Below are positions 1-10,066 of a DNA stretch of 64,000 nt, one piece after another. The position numbers were made by a program, and so were the translations under genes. Source of the stretch: an uncultured Alphaproteobacteria bacterium (GTDB lineage Bacteria; Pseudomonadota; Alphaproteobacteria; JAPOUT01; G958296285); contig OY282459.1 in assembly GCA_958296285.1 (NCBI GenBank), forward strand, positions 1,282,762-1,346,761, given 5' to 3'. Position 1 is the stretch's first letter. Every line of letters begins with the position of its first letter. The notes under the pieces are model-generated. The model saw only the letters and a program-made list of their open reading frames with translations. It was not told the DNA's origin and made no database searches.

Positions 1-1
1 C

Positions 2-1564
2 CCCTTTGAGCATGGCGAAGTCTTCGTGACCGATGACGGCGCGGAAACCGATCTGGATCTCGGACATTATGAGCGCTTCACAGGAGTCGCCGCGAAACAA
101 AGCGACAATACGACCACAGGACGAATCTATGAAGAAATTCTTGCCCGTGAGCGCGAAGGAAAGTATCGGGGCGCGACTGTCCAAGTCATTCCGCATGTGA
201 CGAACGCCATACGCGATTTCATCACGGCGGAAATAGAGGATGTGGATTTCGTCCTTTGCGAGATCGGCGGCACAGTCGGCGATATTGAGAGCCTCCCCTT
301 CTTAGAGGCGATTCGTCAAATGCGCCATGAAATGGGCTCGGAGAAAACATTGTTCATCCATCTGACGCTGATTCCGCATTTAGAGGCGGTCGGCGAGATG
401 AAAACGAAGCCTACTCAACATTCAGTCGCGAATCTTCGGGCGATCGGCATTCAGCCTGACATCATCATTTGCCGCAGCGCGCGCCCTCTCCCGCCGGAGG
501 AGCGCCGCAAAATCGCACTTTTTTGCAGCGTGGCTAAAGAGTCCGTCATTGAAGGGCAGGATGTCCCTTCTATTTACCAAGTGCCGCTCTTCTATCACAA
601 GAACGGGCTGGACGATGCCGTTCTTGCGGCGCTCGGAATGCATGACGCGCCCAAGCCCGATCTCAAGAAATGGCGCAAGATCGGCAAACGATTGGAGAAG
701 CCCGAAGGCGGCGTCAATATCGCCATTGTCGGCAAATATGTCGGAGTGCGCGACGCCTATAAATCTTTGGAGGAGGCGCTGATCCATGGAGGCATGTCGC
801 AGAGAGTCGCCGTCAATCTCAAATGGCTGGAGGCCGAAAGGCTGGAGGAAAAAAACGGCATCCACCATCTAGAAGGCGTTCACGCTGTCCTCGTGCCGGG
901 AGGTTTTGGGAAGCGCGGGACGGAGGGCATGATTAGCGCTGCCCATTTCGCCCGCACGCGCCGCATTCCGTATCTCGGAATCTGCTTCGGAATGCAGATG
1001 GCAGTCATAGAGATTGGGCGCAATCTCCTCTCAATGAAAAACGCGATCTCGACAGAGTTTGATAAAATGCCTAATAACGAGGAGCCTTTGATTGGTGAGT
1101 CGTCTGAATGGGAGCAGCCTGCCCTTCTTCCAGGGGTGGAAAAGCCACTTTCAAAAAGCCATGGCGCTCTAGTGGGCTTGGCAACGGGATGGGAAAAAGA
1201 GGGTGAGTTTATAACAAGAACTACGAAAAGTCTTCGCGGAGGCACAATGCGCTTGGGAGACCAAGAAACGATCTTGATAAAAAGAAGCTTGATAGCCCAA
1301 ATCTACAACATAAACCGCATTTATGAACGACATCGCCACAGATACGAGGTCAATAAACGTTACATGCCTGCTTTTCACAAAGAAGGCGTTGTGATGTCTG
1401 GGCAGTCTCTTGATCGTCGTTTTCCCGAAGTCATAGAGATTCCCGATCACCCATGGTATATCGGCGTGCAATATCATCCTGAATTGAAATCGCGCCCTTT
1501 TGAACCCCATCCGCTGTTTAAGGCGTTTGTCGGGGCGGCGCTTGAGCAGAGTCGTCTGGTATAG
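2..1564 (+). CDS. pyrG: CTP synthase, 5' end cut by window edge
   Basis: Frame is open from nt 2 (PFEHGEVFVTDDGAETDLDLGHYERF). GATase motifs LGICFGMQ and RHRHRYEVN are present. The ORF-track start at 26 is internal. Confidence 0.95.
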   Translation, partial: PFEHGEVFVTDDGAETDLDLGHYERFTGVAAKQSDNTTTGRIYEEILAREREGKYRGATVQVIPHVTNAIRDFITAEIEDVDFVLCEIGGTVGDIESLPFLEAIRQMRHEMGSEKTLFIHLTLIPHLEAVGEMKTKPTQHSVANLRAIGIQPDIIICRSARPLPPEERRKIALFCSVAKESVIEGQDVPSIYQVPLFYHKNGLDDAVLAALGMHDAPKPDLKKWRKIGKRLEKPEGGVNIAIVGKYVGVRDAYKSLEEALIHGGMSQRVAVNLKWLEAERLEEKNGIHHLEGVHAVLVPGGFGKRGTEGMISAAHFARTRRIPYLGICFGMQMAVIEIGRNLLSMKNAISTEFDKMPNNEEPLIGESSEWEQPALLPGVEKPLSKSHGALVGLATGWEKEGEFITRTTKSLRGGTMRLGDQETILIKRSLIAQIYNINRIYERHRHRYEVNKRYMPAFHKEGVVMSGQSLDRRFPEVIEIPDHPWYIGVQYHPELKSRPFEPHPLFKAFVGAALEQSRLV

Positions 1565-1574
1565 TGGGCGCGTT

Positions 1575-2408
1575 ATGAAGCCTCTGTCGGAAATCGCCGT
1601 TGCCGAGACCGTCAAGATCGGAAACGATCTGCCGCTCCGAATCATCGCAGGACCGTGCGCCTTGGAAAGCCGCGACCACGCGATGGAAATGGCGTCCGCC
1701 CTCAAAGAAATCGCCGAAAAAGTCGGCATCGGACTCATCTATAAAACCTCCTTTGACAAAGCGAACCGCACCAGCATGACAGGCAAGCGCGGAATCGGCT
1801 TGAAAGACGCCATCCCAATCTTCGCCGAAATCCGCGAGACATATCTGCCCGTCCTGACCGATGTCCATCTGCCGGAGCAATGCGCGCCTGTCGCCGAGGC
1901 GGTGGACGTCCTCCAAATCCCCGCTTTTCTCTGCCGACAGACCGATCTCCTTCTCGCCGCCGCGAAAACAGGCAAGCCGATCAATGTCAAAAAAGGACAG
2001 TTCCTCGCCCCATGGGATATGGAGCATGTCGCGCGTAAAATCCTCAGCGCCGGAAACGATCGGATCATGCTGACCGAGCGCGGCGTCTCTTTCGGATATA
2101 ACAGGCTCGTCTGCGACATGCGCTCCCTTGTCATTTTGCGCGAGACGGGCTGCCCGGTCGTCTTTGACGCGACTCACTCTGTCCAAGAGCCGGGCGGAAA
2201 GGGAAGCGCTTCGGGCGGAGAGCGCCGCATGGCGCCTGTCTTGGCGCGCGCGGCGGTCGCGGTCGGCGTGGCGGCTGTTTTTATGGAGACGCATCAGGAT
2301 CCGGACAACGCCCCATCGGACGGGCCGAATATGATCCGCCTCGCCGATATGGAAGCGCTCTTGCGACAGATCAAGGAATTTGACGCCATCGCCAAGAGGA
2401 AGTCGTGA
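1575..2408 (+). CDS. kdsA: 2-dehydro-3-deoxyphosphooctonate aldolase (KDO-8-P synthase)
   Basis: [40 protein letters not shown] and the [13 protein letters not shown] motif. Start trimmed to the ATG at 1575, 11 nt after the pyrG stop. Confidence 0.9.
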   Translation: MKPLSEIAVAETVKIGNDLPLRIIAGPCALESRDHAMEMASALKEIAEKVGIGLIYKTSFDKANRTSMTGKRGIGLKDAIPIFAEIRETYLPVLTDVHLPEQCAPVAEAVDVLQIPAFLCRQTDLLLAAAKTGKPINVKKGQFLAPWDMEHVARKILSAGNDRIMLTERGVSFGYNRLVCDMRSLVILRETGCPVVFDATHSVQEPGGKGSASGGERRMAPVLARAAVAVGVAAVFMETHQDPDNAPSDGPNMIRLADMEALLRQIKEFDAIAKRKS

Positions 2409-3694
2409 AGATCGCCGAAATCAGAGTTTTGGAGATTTTGGACAGCCGAGGGCGTCCGGCGCTGGAGGTTGTCGCGCATTTGGAGGGGAATGGGCGGTCG
2501 GTCAGCGCGCGCGCGGCTGTGCCGTCCGGCGCTTCCACAGGACGGCATGAGGCGCTGGAACTCCGGGACGGCGACAAAAAGCGCTATCACGGCGGCGGAC
2601 TCCTCAAAGCATGCGCATCAGTGGAGGGCGAGATCGCCGAGGCGCTCGCCAAAATCAATCCGCTTGATCAGCGCCGCATTGACGAGACGATGATCCAGCT
2701 GGACGGAACGCCAAATAAGAGTCGCTTGGGCGCGAACGCGATTCTCGGCGTCTCTCTCGCTTTGGCGAAGGCGGCGGCGAAAAGCGCCGAAAAGCCCCTT
2801 TTCTGTCATCTCGCCGGCGATGGCGTCTCCCTCCTATTGCCGCGCCCGATGATGAACGTCCTCAATGGCGGCGCTCATGCCGACAATGCTCTGGATATTC
2901 AAGAATTTATGATTGTCCCCGCCGGCGCGTCTTCATTTCGCGAGGCGTGCCGCATCGGGGCGGAAGTTTTTCACGCCCTCAAAGATCGCTTGAGAAAGGC
3001 GGGGCATAGCGTCAATGTCGGCGATGAGGGGGGCTTCGCGCCCGATCTCCGATCTTCGCGCGAGGCGCTGGATTTTTTGATGGAGGCGATAAGCGCGGCA
3101 GGCTATCGCGCGGGAAAACAGGTTTTTCTCGCTCTTGATGTCGCCGCGAGCGAGATTCTTACGCCCGAAACGCGCTATCATCTTAAAGGGGAAGACGCAA
3201 TCTTAACTGCCGAAGAGATGACCGATACTCTCGCCAGCCTTGTCCAAGATTACCCGATCCTCTCCATTGAGGACGGACTCGCCGAAGATGATTGGGCGGG
3301 ATGGCGGCATATGACCGCCGCTTTGGGCGAAAAAACGATGCTGGTCGGCGACGACCTCTTCGCGACAAATATGGCGCGCCTCAAGCGCGGCATAAAAGAA
3401 CAATGCGCGACAGCGATTCTGATAAAACCCAATCAGATCGGAACCTTAACCGAGACTTTGGATGTCGTGTCTCATGCGCGAAATTGCGGCTTCGCTTGCG
3501 TGATCTCGCACCGATCGGGCGATACGGAGGATACGACCATCGCCGATCTGGCTGTCGCTCTCGGCACAGGCTGGATCAAGACCGGAGGACTCTCGCGCTC
3601 GGAGCGGACGGCGAAATATAATCGTCTGATGCGGATAGAGAAGATGCTCGGCAATGACGCCCGCTATGCCGGACTTGAGGGAATCCCAAGATGA
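2405..3694 (+). CDS. eno: enolase
   Basis: [54 protein letters not shown] start overlaps the kdsA stop by 4 nt. Confidence 0.95.
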   Translation: MKIAEIRVLEILDSRGRPALEVVAHLEGNGRSVSARAAVPSGASTGRHEALELRDGDKKRYHGGGLLKACASVEGEIAEALAKINPLDQRRIDETMIQLDGTPNKSRLGANAILGVSLALAKAAAKSAEKPLFCHLAGDGVSLLLPRPMMNVLNGGAHADNALDIQEFMIVPAGASSFREACRIGAEVFHALKDRLRKAGHSVNVGDEGGFAPDLRSSREALDFLMEAISAAGYRAGKQVFLALDVAASEILTPETRYHLKGEDAILTAEEMTDTLASLVQDYPILSIEDGLAEDDWAGWRHMTAALGEKTMLVGDDLFATNMARLKRGIKEQCATAILIKPNQIGTLTETLDVVSHARNCGFACVISHRSGDTEDTTIADLAVALGTGWIKTGGLSRSERTAKYNRLMRIEKMLGNDARYAGLEGIPR

Positions 3695-4590
3695 GTCTCG
3701 CGGCAGAAAGAGAACCTCTGAGAAAGCCCGCATGGATTCGCGCGCCCATTCCTTCAGGCAAAATCTACCATCAGACGCGCGCGCTGATGCGGGAACTCAA
3801 TCTGGCGACTGTCTGCGAGGAGGCGGCTTGCCCGAATATCGGGACATGCTGGAAAAGCGGACATGCGACAATCATGATTCTCGGAGAAATCTGCACCCGC
3901 GCCTGCGCCTTCTGCAATGTTCAGACCGGGAAGCCTCACGCGCCGGATCCGTTGGAGCCTCAGCGCGTGGCGGCGGCGCTGCGGCGTCTGCGTCTGCGGC
4001 ATCTTGTTATCACGTCTGTGGATCGGGATGATCTCGCCGATGGAGGCGCGGCGCATTGGGCGAAGGTTATCGGCGCGGCGCGGGCGGAATCGCCATCCAC
4101 GGTCATTGAGGCGCTGACCCCCGATTTTCGCAATAAGGGCGATGCGATAGAGCTCGTTCTGAAAACGCGTCCTGATGTTTTCAACCACAATTTGGAGACT
4201 GTGCCGCGTCTTTATGCGCGCATTCGTCCGGGGGCGCGATATTTTCATTCTCTGCGGCTTCTGCAGAGGGCGAAGGAGGCGAATCCGCGGCTTTTCACGA
4301 AGTCGGGGATCATGGTCGGTTTGGGCGAAGCCAAAGAGGAAGTCCTGCAACTGATGGACGATTTGCGCTCGGCGTCCGTGGATTTTCTGACGATCGGGCA
4401 GTATTTGCGTCCGACAAAAAATCACGCGCCTGTGGAGCGTTATGTTTCGCCTGACGAGTTCGCCTCTTACGCGACAATCGCTCGCGCGAAGGGCTTTTTG
4501 ATGGTCTCGTCCAGCCCTCTGACGCGCTCTTCCTATCACGCGGCCGAGGATTTCGCGGCTCTGAAGAAGAGGCGCGATGCCCAAGATTGA
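3691..4590 (+). CDS. lipA: lipoyl synthase
   Basis: Two Cys clusters: [13 protein letters not shown] and the radical-SAM [10 protein letters not shown]. Confidence 0.95.
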   Translation: MSLAAEREPLRKPAWIRAPIPSGKIYHQTRALMRELNLATVCEEAACPNIGTCWKSGHATIMILGEICTRACAFCNVQTGKPHAPDPLEPQRVAAALRRLRLRHLVITSVDRDDLADGGAAHWAKVIGAARAESPSTVIEALTPDFRNKGDAIELVLKTRPDVFNHNLETVPRLYARIRPGARYFHSLRLLQRAKEANPRLFTKSGIMVGLGEAKEEVLQLMDDLRSASVDFLTIGQYLRPTKNHAPVERYVSPDEFASYATIARAKGFLMVSSSPLTRSSYHAAEDFAALKKRRDAQD

Positions 4591-5026
4591 CGTCCGCCGC
4601 CGCGTTCCGCGTCCCGCCAAGAAGATTTTCGCGCTGGTCGCCGATATTGAATCCTACCCCGAATTTCTGCCGGGCTGCGCGCGGGCGAGGCTTTTTGATC
4701 GCAAGGAGAAGAATCCGCGCGCCGAGCTTGTTTTCGCGTCCAAACGGCTGATGCTGATTGGCTTGCCGGGCGAGATCGCTTTCACGAGCGCCGTCTCGCT
4801 GAACCCCGAAGCGCTGACGATAGAAGCGCGGCAGATAGAAGGACTCTTTGAGAGTCTCACCTGCATCTGGCGATTCAAGCGGATTTCCAAAACCTCCTGC
4901 GATGTGAATTGCGCGCTGCGCTTCGCCTTCCGCGAAACATGGCTGCATCTCGCCGTGACGCCTCTGTTGAAAATCGCGATCTGGCAGACCATCGCCGCTT
5001 TTGAGGCGCGCGCGCTGAAGGACTAA
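4577..5026 (+). CDS. SRPBCC-fold protein (RatA / COQ10-like cyclase-dehydrase family)
   Basis: 149 aa with [14 protein letters not shown], typical of the polyketide-cyclase/RatA family. This family commonly follows lipA in alphaproteobacteria. Confidence 0.7.
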   Translation: MPKIDVRRRVPRPAKKIFALVADIESYPEFLPGCARARLFDRKEKNPRAELVFASKRLMLIGLPGEIAFTSAVSLNPEALTIEARQIEGLFESLTCIWRFKRISKTSCDVNCALRFAFRETWLHLAVTPLLKIAIWQTIAAFEARALKD

Positions 5027-5523
5027 CGGGCTTTATCCAAAATCTTATGCAGAAGCGCGAAACCGGCGATGACGGTTTCGGCGCGAACCTCGGCGCGTCC
5101 TTTGTTTGGAAAGCGGCAGAGTTCATTCAAGGTCAGGCTTTTCGCGGCGGCGGCGATATGCACCAAACCCGGCGGATGGGTCTCGCTTCCCCCGGGGCCT
5201 GCCACGCCTGTCACGGCAAGGGCGACATCCACCCCTGCCGCGCGCAGCGCGCCCTCCGCCATGGCGCGCGCGACTTCCTCGCTCACCGCGCCATGCTCTT
5301 GAAGCAGGTTTTTTGGGACGCTGAGAAATTTCATCTTCGCTCTGTTGGAATAGGTGGAGAAGCCGCAGTCAAAAACGCGGGAGGATCCGGGAATATCGGT
5401 CAGAGCCGCGCTGATAAGACCGCCCGTGCAGGATTCGGCTGTCGCGAGTCTCAGACCCGCCTCCTCCATGCGTTTGAGAATCTCGCGCGCTTGTCCTTCG
5501 GTTTCTCGCGGCAGAGCGATCAT
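5023..5523 (-). CDS. CinA-family C-terminal domain protein (nicotinamide-nucleotide amidohydrolase PncC-like)
   Basis: TAESCTGGLISAALTDIPGSSRVFDCGFSTYSNRAK and VTGVAGPGG motifs. Confidence 0.8.
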   Translation of the reverse strand: MIALPRETEGQAREILKRMEEAGLRLATAESCTGGLISAALTDIPGSSRVFDCGFSTYSNRAKMKFLSVPKNLLQEHGAVSEEVARAMAEGALRAAGVDVALAVTGVAGPGGSETHPPGLVHIAAAAKSLTLNELCRFPNKGRAEVRAETVIAGFALLHKILDKAR

Positions 5524-6260
5524 GGCAGAGGCTGGGAAGCCCGCGCGATCGCGATGAAAGACGCCGCGCGCAAACTCGCCCCTCCGACAAGCGCCCCTTC
5601 CACATGCGGCAGCGACAAAATCGCTTCGGCATTGTTCGGCGAAACCGATCCGCCATAGAGAAGGTGCGCCTCTCCATGCCCTTTCTTGCGCAGAGAATCC
5701 TTGATTTCCTCATGCATCGCCGAAATCTCCCGCCCATTGGGGGTGCGTCCTGTGCCGATCGCCCAAACAGGCTCATAGGCGACCGCCGCGCCATGACGAT
5801 AAGCCCTGTCGGCAAGAGACAGCAACTGCCTTTGAACAACGGCGGAAGCCTCGCCCCTTTCGCGCTCTTTTTCTGTTTCGCCAACGCAGAAGATTGGCAT
5901 AAGCCCTGCCCTCTCCGCCGCCAGAGCTTTTCTGCCAATGACGGCGTCATCTTCGCCCGCGGCGCGCCGCTCCGAATGTCCGACAATGACAGCCTTCGCG
6001 CCGAGATCGGCGAGCATCTCGGCGCTCACAGAACCGGTATAAGCCCCCGAAACTTCCGCATGACAATCCTGCCCCCCCAGAGTCAAGGGCGATTCGGCGA
6101 TCTCGGCGAAGGAGGCGAGAAGAGTCGCCGGCGGGCATAGGAGAATGTCGCAAGAGATCTCCTCGCCATGCGCCCGCAAAAAGCGCATGATCTCCTCCAG
6201 CTCGGCGCGACTCTCGCGCAGCCCGTTCATCTTCCAATTTCCGGCGATGAGCTGTCGCAT
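5520..6260 (-). CDS. tpiA: triosephosphate isomerase
   Basis: MRQLIAGNWKMNG, VIVGHSERR, AYEPVWAIGTG. Confidence 0.95.
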   Translation of the reverse strand: MRQLIAGNWKMNGLRESRAELEEIMRFLRAHGEEISCDILLCPPATLLASFAEIAESPLTLGGQDCHAEVSGAYTGSVSAEMLADLGAKAVIVGHSERRAAGEDDAVIGRKALAAERAGLMPIFCVGETEKERERGEASAVVQRQLLSLADRAYRHGAAVAYEPVWAIGTGRTPNGREISAMHEEIKDSLRKKGHGEAHLLYGGSVSPNNAEAILSLPHVEGALVGGASLRAASFIAIARASQPLP

Positions 6261-6338
6261 CAGCCAGCCTGCCCCGCTTGTCTGAACCCCTCAGAGAAGC
6301 CTATCATGCGGGCGGGACTATCGCATAGGGGTCTTGTC

Positions 6339-8231
6339 ATGCTGGATCGCCTCAGACGCGCCACCGCCCATTGGATGGCGCGCATTCTGATCGGATTGTT
6401 GGCGCTGAGTTTCGCCTTTTGGGGAGTCGGCGATCTTGTCGCGCCGTCTCGTGATCCGGCAATCGCCGAGGTCGGGGACGCCGTCATTCCGCAGACTGTC
6501 TTCCAGCGCTCGCTAAACATCCTCCGCGAAAATCTGCGACAGCAGGGGCGCGCCCTCGCTTTTGACGAAATCCGCCAACTCGGACTGGATCGGCAGGTTC
6601 TGAACCTGCTGACTCGTCAAGAAGCGCTGTCGCTCGGGGCGGCGGCGCTGGGTCTGGACATTTCAGACAGGCGAATCGCCGAGGAAATCCGCGATGATCC
6701 CGCCTTCCAAGGACCTTTCGGCGGATTTGATCGGCAGACCTTCCGCGTGATTCTCGCCGAAGCGGGCTTGAGCGAGCAGCGATTCGCCGAAGAGCGCCGC
6801 AAAGTGCATCTGCGCCGCCAACTCGCCGCGACTGTCCTCGCCTCGCCCCCCGCCTCCGATATTCTCGCCCGCGCGCTCATCAAGCACAGTTTGGAAAAGA
6901 GGATTTTGGAATATGCCCTCCTCCCGATCTCTCTCGCGCCGAAGCCAAAGAGCCCAAATGACGAAACGCTCAAAAAATTCCTAACCCGCGAGCCTTCTCT
7001 CTTCATTCGCCCTGAGCGGCGCGACATTCTTTTGTTGGAGCTGAAGCCGGAGCATTTTTTCTCGTCTCTCGCCGTCTCCGAAGACGAAATCCGCGCCGAT
7101 TACGACGAGCGGCGCATGAGTTTCCGAACCCCTGAAAAGCGCGAAGTAGAGCAAATCATCTTCGCCTCGCGCGATGAAGCCGATGCCGCCCATGCCCGCC
7201 TCAAGAAGGGCGTCTCTTTCGCCGCGATCGCCGGCGAGAAGGGTTTGTCGGAGGAAGATCGGAATCTGGGGCTTCTCTCTGAGCGGGAGTTTTTGTCGCC
7301 CTCTTTGGCGGAAGCGGCTTTCGCTCTCAAAAAGGGCGAAGTGAGCGCTGTCGTGGAGGGGCCTTTGGGGCCGGTTCTGCTGCGAGTTGCCAAAATCGCG
7401 CGAGGCGAGGAGCGAAGCCTCGCTTCCGTCCGCGATCGCGTCAGGAGAGACATTCTGCGCCGCAAATCCGCCGGCGAGATGGAGACCATGCGAAATATCG
7501 TGGAAGACGCGCTGGCAGGGGGCGCGTCTTTGCGCGAAGCGGCGTCTGATCATTCGCTGCCGATCTCGGAACTGAAGGGCGTCTCCGCCGATGGAACAAG
7601 CGCGAAAGGCGCGAAACTGCCCGAGAGGGAGGGGCTGCTTGCCGCCGCCTTCGCCGCCGCGGAACATGAAGAGAGCGCCGCGCGAGAAATGGAAGAGGGC
7701 GGATATTTTTGGCTGGAAGTGGAAAAAATCCATCCCTCGCGCATTCCGTCTTTTGACGAGATTAGGGACGAAGCGCGGAAAATCTGGCGGAAGGAAACGC
7801 GGCGTCTCGCTCTCATTCGGCTCGCGGCGGATCTTGCCGAGCGCGGAAATGGGGGCGAAGATTTGCGCGATCTTCTCAAGAAATATGACCGCGCGCCGTT
7901 GAAGACGCCCGAAATTGGTCGTTTTTTCCGAAGCGATGTTTTTTCGGCGGAGCTTGTGGAGGCGGCTTTCGCAAGACCCGAAGGTCGTTTTGTCGCCGGC
8001 TCTGCCGAGATCGGCGACAGCGTGGTTCTTGTTCGGACGGCGAAGATCGTCAAGCCCTCCCCTTCCCGCGAAGAGGAGAGCGCTTTTAGAGACGCGCTTG
8101 GCGCGCGCTTGGCGAATGAGTTTTTGGAGCAATATGTCGTTTTTCTTTTGGAGCGTTATGGCGTTGTCGTTCACGGCGATGTTTTGGAGAGCGCGGTTCT
8201 GTCTGGCGGCGGCGGCTTGCTCGCGCCATGA
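6339..8231 (+). CDS. ppiD: periplasmic chaperone / peptidyl-prolyl isomerase PpiD-like (SurA N-terminal domain family)
   Basis: MLDRLRRATAHWMARILIGLLALSFAFWGV N-terminal anchor, about 630 aa, located upstream of trpE. Start trimmed from 6168 to avoid overlap with tpiA. Confidence 0.75.
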   Translation: MLDRLRRATAHWMARILIGLLALSFAFWGVGDLVAPSRDPAIAEVGDAVIPQTVFQRSLNILRENLRQQGRALAFDEIRQLGLDRQVLNLLTRQEALSLGAAALGLDISDRRIAEEIRDDPAFQGPFGGFDRQTFRVILAEAGLSEQRFAEERRKVHLRRQLAATVLASPPASDILARALIKHSLEKRILEYALLPISLAPKPKSPNDETLKKFLTREPSLFIRPERRDILLLELKPEHFFSSLAVSEDEIRADYDERRMSFRTPEKREVEQIIFASRDEADAAHARLKKGVSFAAIAGEKGLSEEDRNLGLLSEREFLSPSLAEAAFALKKGEVSAVVEGPLGPVLLRVAKIARGEERSLASVRDRVRRDILRRKSAGEMETMRNIVEDALAGGASLREAASDHSLPISELKGVSADGTSAKGAKLPEREGLLAAAFAAAEHEESAAREMEEGGYFWLEVEKIHPSRIPSFDEIRDEARKIWRKETRRLALIRLAADLAERGNGGEDLRDLLKKYDRAPLKTPEIGRFFRSDVFSAELVEAAFARPEGRFVAGSAEIGDSVVLVRTAKIVKPSPSREEESAFRDALGARLANEFLEQYVVFLLERYGVVVHGDVLESAVLSGGGGLLAP

Positions 8232-9772
8232 GCGCCCCTTTCCCTGACGCCTCCGCTTTCCGCGACATTCACAATGCAGGCAAGACGCAGATCGTTCGGC
8301 TGACGCTGCCTGCCGATTTGGAAACGCCTGTCGCCGCGATGATCAAATTGGCGGCGGGGAAGCGCGGCGCGTTCCTTTTTGAATCGGTGGAGGGCGGAGA
8401 GGCTCGCGGACGCTATTCCGTCATCGGCTTCGCGCCGGACGCCATTTGGCGATCTTACGGCGCGAGATGCGAGATCAATCGGCAGGCGGCGCGAGACCCT
8501 GACGCTTTTGAGATTTTGAAAGAGCCGCCTTTGGACGCGCTTCGCCGTTTCATCGCGGAGTCGCGTTTTGATCTGCCTGACGGTTTGCCGTCTTTGTCGG
8601 CGGGTTTGTTCGGCTATATGGGCTACGACATGGCGCGTCATGCCGAGCGTTTCGGGTCTCCGCCGCCTGACGCGATTGGCATTCCGGACAGCGTTTTCGC
8701 GCGTCCGTCTCGTCTTGTGGTTTTTGATTCGGTCAGCGACACGATGATTTGCATTGTTCGCTCGTCTCCGCGCCGGGGGCGCTCGGCTGACGAGGCTTAT
8801 GACGAAGCCTGTCGCGCTTTGCGCGAGATGCGGACGGCTTTGCAGAGGCCTCTGATGCCGAAGGAGCGCGGCGAGGATAGCCAGAGCGATGAAGGCGATG
8901 AAAGCGGCGGGGGCGGCGCGTCTTCGTCTGTTTCCATGCCGGTGCCGCGGTCCAACATGCAGCGCGCGCTTTATTTGGAGAAGGTTCGGCGCGTTAAGGA
9001 GTATATTTTCGCTGGCGACATTTTTCAGGCTGTTTTGAGTCAGCGTTTTTCGGCGTCTTTTTCGCTTTCGCCCATGACGCTGTATCGGTCTTTGCGGCGG
9101 ATAAATCCGTCTCCTTATCTTTATTATTTGGATTTTGGGGATTTTTCGGTTGTTGGCTCAAGTCCTGAGATTTTGGTTCGGCTGCGCGAGGGCGTGGTGA
9201 CGATTCGTCCGATTGCCGGGACTCGTCCGCGCGGGGGGTCGGCGGCGGATGATCTTCGCATTGGCGAGGAGTTGTTGTCGGATCCGAAGGAGCGCGCCGA
9301 GCATTTGATGTTGTTGGATTTGGGTCGGAATGATGTTGGGAGGGTATCGGAGATTGGTTCTGTTCGCGTGACGGAGCGTTTCGCGCTGCAGCGGACGTCT
9401 CATCTCATTCACATTGTTTCCAATGTTGAGGGTGTTTTGCGGCGCGGTTTGGAGGCTTTGGACGCTTTGATGGCGGGTTTTCCTGCTGGGACGGTTTCGG
9501 GCGCGCCGAAGATTCGGGCGATGGAGATTATTGATGAGTTGGAGGATGAGAAGCGGAGTTTATATGCGGGGGCGGTGGGGTATTTTTCGGCGAATGGGGA
9601 TATGGACAGTTGCATTGCCTTGCGGACGGCGTTGGTTAAGGATGGGGTGATGTATGTTCAGGCGGGGGGTGGGATTGTGGCGGATTCGGAGCCTGCTTAT
9701 GAGTATCGGGAGTCTGTGAAGAAGGCGGAGGTTTTGTTTCGGGCTGCTGAGGCTGTTGGAGGCTCCCGTTGA
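8228..9772 (+). CDS. trpE: anthranilate synthase component I
   Basis: LFESVEGGE, GDIFQAVLSQRF, PYLYYLDFGDF, GTVSGAPKIRAMEIIDELE. Start overlaps the ppiD stop. The last 4 codons and the stop lie inside the repeat element. Confidence 0.95.
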   Translation: MSAPFPDASAFRDIHNAGKTQIVRLTLPADLETPVAAMIKLAAGKRGAFLFESVEGGEARGRYSVIGFAPDAIWRSYGARCEINRQAARDPDAFEILKEPPLDALRRFIAESRFDLPDGLPSLSAGLFGYMGYDMARHAERFGSPPPDAIGIPDSVFARPSRLVVFDSVSDTMICIVRSSPRRGRSADEAYDEACRALREMRTALQRPLMPKERGEDSQSDEGDESGGGGASSSVSMPVPRSNMQRALYLEKVRRVKEYIFAGDIFQAVLSQRFSASFSLSPMTLYRSLRRINPSPYLYYLDFGDFSVVGSSPEILVRLREGVVTIRPIAGTRPRGGSAADDLRIGEELLSDPKERAEHLMLLDLGRNDVGRVSEIGSVRVTERFALQRTSHLIHIVSNVEGVLRRGLEALDALMAGFPAGTVSGAPKIRAMEIIDELEDEKRSLYAGAVGYFSANGDMDSCIALRTALVKDGVMYVQAGGGIVADSEPAYEYRESVKKAEVLFRAAEAVGGSR

Positions 9773-10066
9773 GGGGGGTTTGGGGGGGCGGCGAGCCGCC
9801 GCGGGCATCTTTTTCATAGAGAGGCATTTTGGCTTTACCCCAGGGGAACTAATGCATAGAAGCTTGAGGTGAAGGGGGGGTTGGGGGGCTTGCCCCCCAA
9901 GAAAAACCAAGCGGGCGCAAGCCCGCTACGGGCGGCGGGCTTCTCGCGCACTTGCGCTACGCGCTGCGTGCGCTTCGTTGCGCCACGCCCGCCGACCTTT
10001 TCGGGGGGGATTCCCCCCGACCCCCCCTTTCTCAAGGGGGGCTAGCCCCCCTTGACCCCCCTCAAG
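9758..10066. repeat. Mosaic G/C-tract palindromic intergenic element, copy A (modules Y, Z-prime, X)
   Basis: Y 9758-9879 matches the reverse complement of 17449-17562. X 9998-10066 matches 17395-17454 in direct orientation and contains a perfect G6-CTAG-C6 palindrome at 10036-10051. Z-prime 9909-9994 holds nested hairpins (agcgggc-gcaa-gcccgct; ggcgggc...gcccgcc). Confidence 0.9.

Noticed and set aside
9636-9827. Outward-facing small ORF that starts inside module Y in both copies: MPLYEK(D/N)ARGGSPPP, also at 17503 onward on the + strand.
   Set aside because: Conservation is limited to the repeat itself. Downstream sequence and length (63 aa against about 29 aa) diverge as soon as the ORF leaves the repeat. 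There is no convincing ribosome-binding site or promoter. Kept only as a remote possibility of antisense transcription.
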